This document shows, piece after piece, positions 60,832-64,000 of a stretch of DNA of 64,000 nucleotides. The position numbers and the translations under genes were made by a program. The first letter of the stretch is position 1, and every line of letters begins with the position of its first letter. The notes beneath the pieces are model-generated. The model was not told where the DNA came from. It saw only the letters and a list, made by a program, of their open reading frames with translations, and did no database searches. Origin of the DNA: an uncultured archaeon (GTDB taxonomy: Archaea > Thermoproteota > Nitrososphaeria > Nitrososphaerales > Gagatemarchaeaceae); the NCBI GenBank assembly GCA_963799775.1, contig CAWCYD010000003.1, positions 1,248,001 to 1,312,000 on the forward strand. The letters are read 5' to 3'.

Positions 60832-62307
60832 TCAATTCAGGTTGTAATACGGGCTCGCCATCGCGAGGCGGACCGTATTTCTCGTCATGTCGGTCGGGTT
60901 TGTGAAGTTGGCCGTCGACGACTGGATCACGGACAGCACCTCGGAGGGCATCCCATCGGGGAAGAGGGTGTTCGCGATGGTCTGGACGCCTGTGTCGAGC
61001 GAGGCGCCGTTGCCGAAGAACTGGATCGGGTTGAGCAGGCTCGCCGCGTTCTGGCTGGTGGTCTGGATGTTGAGCGGGAAGTTGTAACGTTCCATTATCG
61101 AGCCGGTGTTGATCCACAGCATACCGATCGGCCATCCGAAGACGCTGGGCGGGTCGAAGAGCAGCTGCCCCTGGTTGTTCGTCGTGGAAATCATGTTGCC
61201 TGGGTTCGCCGTCGCGCCGAGGGAACGTAGGCCGCCGACCAGGTACTCTGTCGGGCTCTTCACGTTGGCGAGATAAGCCTGGTTCGAGATGAACTCCGGG
61301 GACGTTAGGATTGACTCGACCATCGCCCTGATGCTGTAGCCGCTGTCGAAGTAGACAGCGGAGAGCTTCTGGATGGTCTGGGGGGTCGGATTGGGATAGC
61401 CGAAGAACTGGAAGAGTTCGGTCGAGAGGTTCGTCGCGGTCTCGGGGCGGGCGACCAGGATGTCGACGATGTCCTGAGGACCGAAATTCCCTGACTGCCC
61501 GAGATAGGTCTTGGTGCTCGTGTCGTGGTTCGCCGCTATGAAGACCCCCTGTCCGGTGGAATTGATCGAATAGCCGGTGAAGGCCTTGGCCCCGTTGGTC
61601 ACGTCGTCCTGCGTGTAGGGGCCGCGCCCGGTCGAGAAGACCTCCATCACCTCCCTCGCGTAGTTCTCGTTCGGGTTGTTCTTCCTGTTCTCCACCCCGT
61701 CTAGCCAGACCAGCATGGCGCCGTCCGAGGTTATCCCCATGAGAAGGTCGTAGAAGTTCCCCAGGGCGTTCGCTCGGAGGAACTCGTTCTGCTGATACAT
61801 CAGGTAACCGTTCTGGACCTTGGAGATGGCGGTCGCGAAGTGGTTGTGCCAGAAGAGGGTCATCTTCTCCTCGAGGGGCCTGGGGGTCGCGACCATCCTG
61901 TTCAACCACCAAGTCGCAAGGTTGTTCTCCTCGTTCTGCCCTGACGGGACCGTCCCTGAATAAGACGTCCGGATGTTCGGCTGGATTGCGTTCAGCGCGC
62001 TGTTGTCTATCTGGGTGTAGTTGATGAGGTACTGGACGGCGCCTTCGAACCCCATCGCCTGGAACTTGGCCTGTTCTGCTGGGCCGCCGCCGAATCCCGT
62101 CCTCCTCAGGAGGTGGGCGATCTGGACCTGGTCCGGCATCGGGGCATTGGGGTCCACGGAGTCGAAGGAGGTGCCGCTAGGAAGAAGGCCCGCCATCTGC
62201 GCGCCCGCAGAAGCGTGAGCCACTTTGAGCAAGTCTGACCCGAGGACCGTGACCGCAGCGACGCCCGCGGTCGTCGCAGAAAGCTTGAGGAAGGCTCTCC
62301 GGTCCAT
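60832..62307 (-). CDS. DUF1800 family protein with Tat signal
   Basis: MDRRAFLK; HLLRRTGFG, LEEKMTLFWHNHFAT, PNENYAREVME, PPSVFGW. Confidence 0.92.
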   Translation of the reverse strand: MDRRAFLKLSATTAGVAAVTVLGSDLLKVAHASAGAQMAGLLPSGTSFDSVDPNAPMPDQVQIAHLLRRTGFGGGPAEQAKFQAMGFEGAVQYLINYTQIDNSALNAIQPNIRTSYSGTVPSGQNEENNLATWWLNRMVATPRPLEEKMTLFWHNHFATAISKVQNGYLMYQQNEFLRANALGNFYDLLMGITSDGAMLVWLDGVENRKNNPNENYAREVMEVFSTGRGPYTQDDVTNGAKAFTGYSINSTGQGVFIAANHDTSTKTYLGQSGNFGPQDIVDILVARPETATNLSTELFQFFGYPNPTPQTIQKLSAVYFDSGYSIRAMVESILTSPEFISNQAYLANVKSPTEYLVGGLRSLGATANPGNMISTTNNQGQLLFDPPSVFGWPIGMLWINTGSIMERYNFPLNIQTTSQNAASLLNPIQFFGNGASLDTGVQTIANTLFPDGMPSEVLSVIQSSTANFTNPTDMTRNTVRLAMASPYYNLN

Positions 62308-62553
62308 CTTTCACTTCACTGGCTCCATGTGTCAGTGTGGACAGCATATTAGGGCACGGAGAGTGGAATTGGAGTTTTCAATATTATGGTTGGAAGCTAA
62401 CGGAAAATATGAAAGATTTCTCGTTTTGAGATCCCCACTGGAGGAGAGGATGACAAGATGGAAGCGTCCAAAGGGAAAGGTCATGTAAGGCTCTCGTCAC
62501 CCAGGGAGGGATTTTGTGGGCGTTAACTGTCGTAGCCTGATGTTTGTCAATCC

Positions 62554-63054
62554 TCAACCTATCGCCATTATCGCCTCTTTCTTCTTCAGCGCCGCGAGCG
62601 TCTGCGTCGGTATGTGGTTCTTCCTGCCAACGACCTCAATGACCTCGCTCCAAACCACGTCCTTCACTCCGGCCATAGCCTTCACGTCCTCGATCAGGTC
62701 CATGAGTTCCTCACCACCTTGGACAAATATCTCTGCCCTGAGGTCGATGTTGAACTGCCCTATGGTCCTCGCGACGTAAGCGACCTGGTCGCGCTTCAGC
62801 AATTCTTTTCCTATCGCCAACGTTCTTCCTCCCCCAGTAGAAATCATGAACTCTATCTGTCGCAAGCCATACTTCTCCAAGGTCGAGGAGTACTTTATCG
62901 CCAGGTATTCGTCCTCCGCTTCTTTGCGCGTTCTCTCGGCGGCTTTTCGAGAGATCCCTAACTTCTCTGACAATAGCTGCGAAGCCATCGCGGCGCGAGT
63001 AGCAAGAAGGTCTTGCAGCATTTCCGCATCATGTTCAGCGATCGAACGAGCCAT
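62554..63054 (-). CDS. Lrp/AsnC family transcriptional regulator
   Basis: N-terminal HTH (LSEKLGISRK) and RAM domain (YVARTIGQFNID...AGVKDVVWSE). Confidence 0.75.
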   Translation of the reverse strand: MARSIAEHDAEMLQDLLATRAAMASQLLSEKLGISRKAAERTRKEAEDEYLAIKYSSTLEKYGLRQIEFMISTGGGRTLAIGKELLKRDQVAYVARTIGQFNIDLRAEIFVQGGEELMDLIEDVKAMAGVKDVVWSEVIEVVGRKNHIPTQTLAALKKKEAIMAIG

Positions 63055-63273
63055 CGCGAATGCATGAAGGCGGGGATTATTAGGCTTGAGACTTTCTGGA
63101 TTTTTCCTTCAAGGCCCTCCTGCTCGCGGATGAAGTCGTGGAAGAGGGGGACCCCTCAATCATGGGCGAATCCTCGTTTGTCAGCCCCGTGGGACGAGTT
63201 CTTGGCAGAACCAGGGGGGAATCAAACTTATATACCTAGTAACCATTGACTACTAGATAGGAGAATCTGAGCT

Positions 63274-63624
63274 TTGAGCCAGACGACGCAGATAACACAA
63301 GAAGTCCTTGACGAATGCAAGATAGTCCACGCGACCTGGAACGAGCTGACAAAGGTCTGGACGCTCCCAGTGATACACAGCCTTGGACTGAAAGAGCCTG
63401 CGAGGTTCAACGAGCTAAAGCGCAGGACCGAGGGCATCAGCGCCACCAGCCTGGCCGAGAGGCTGACCGAGCTCGATAGGCAGGGCATCGTCCAACGGAA
63501 GGTCTACCCGGACACACCGCCGAGGGTGGAGTACTCTCTCACGAAGAAGGGGTGGGAGCTCCACGCGATCCTAGGCGAGTTGTCCACCTGGGCGATAAAG
63601 TGGGGCAAGTCAAAACCACAGTAG
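63274..63624 (+). CDS. HxlR family transcriptional regulator
   Basis: RFNELKR, LAERLTEL, VYPDTPPRVEYSLT. Confidence 0.92.
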   Translation: MSQTTQITQEVLDECKIVHATWNELTKVWTLPVIHSLGLKEPARFNELKRRTEGISATSLAERLTELDRQGIVQRKVYPDTPPRVEYSLTKKGWELHAILGELSTWAIKWGKSKPQ

Positions 63625-63649
63625 CCGAAAGGACCGCGCTAGGAGATTC

Positions 63650-64000
63650 CTAGGCGCCCGAAGGCTGCTGCTGCGTGACGCAGTGGATCCCGCCAAAGCC
63701 GTAGACCAGCTCACGCGAGTTAATCGGCACGATCTTCCTTCCTCTGAAGAGGTCACGCAGGGTCTCGAGCGCGTCGTCGTCGCGCTTCGCGTCGTCGAAG
63801 ACCGGGACCAGCACTGCGGAGTTGGAGATCAAGAAGTTAGCGTAGCTGGCAGGGAGCCTCCCATCCTCCGCCTTGACCTCGTGTGGCATGGACATTGGAA
63901 TCACTTCGAGGCGCCTGCCGTTGGCATCTTCGTAGCTGGAAAGCAGAGCCACGTTCTTCTCCAGCGCACGATGGTTTGCGTCGCTCTCGTCATCCTCAAT
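63650..64000 (-). CDS. agmatine deiminase family protein (C-terminal part)
   Basis: RLPASYANFLISN, GFGGIHCVTQQQP. Confidence 0.92.
   Translation of the reverse strand: MEDDESDANHRALEKNVALLSSYEDANGRRLEVIPMSMPHEVKAEDGRLPASYANFLISNSAVLVPVFDDAKRDDDALETLRDLFRGRKIVPINSRELVYGFGGIHCVTQQQPSGA

Overview
About 60-63% GC (by eye) archaeal chromosome segment. EF-2, S10, PAC2, AMMECR1/MEMO1, thermopsin, TATA-type promoters and frequent TTG/GTG starts point to a Nitrososphaerota (Thaumarchaeota)-like lineage; this placement is inference. Many genes are split by single-base indels, often in short homopolymers, which looks like long-read consensus error, so the coordinates given join the frames. The window is mostly housekeeping, transport and surface-protein genes. 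Highlights: (1) a complete AmmeMemoRadiSam locus whose radical-SAM gene carries a 359-aa intein inside the CxxxCxxC motif, with a Zn-finger plus DUF559/Vsr-like endonuclease instead of LAGLIDADG. (2) An ~11 kb region (26.4-37.6 kb) built from a diverged tandem triplication of small genes, several missed by the ORF track: three metallothionein-like 8-9-Cys miniproteins, three overlapping two-ORF cassettes, two HPD-less J-domain/SHOCT proteins, two 61-aa beta-rich proteins and membrane-anchored peptides, with rpsJ and a halocin-C8-like precursor plus candidate immunity gene embedded in it. (3) A Tat-exported DUF1800/DUF1501/cupredoxin cluster that shares an upstream motif with another secreted-protein gene. 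No rRNA, tRNA, CRISPR array, integrase or transposase was recognised. Family names come from motif recognition, not database searches.
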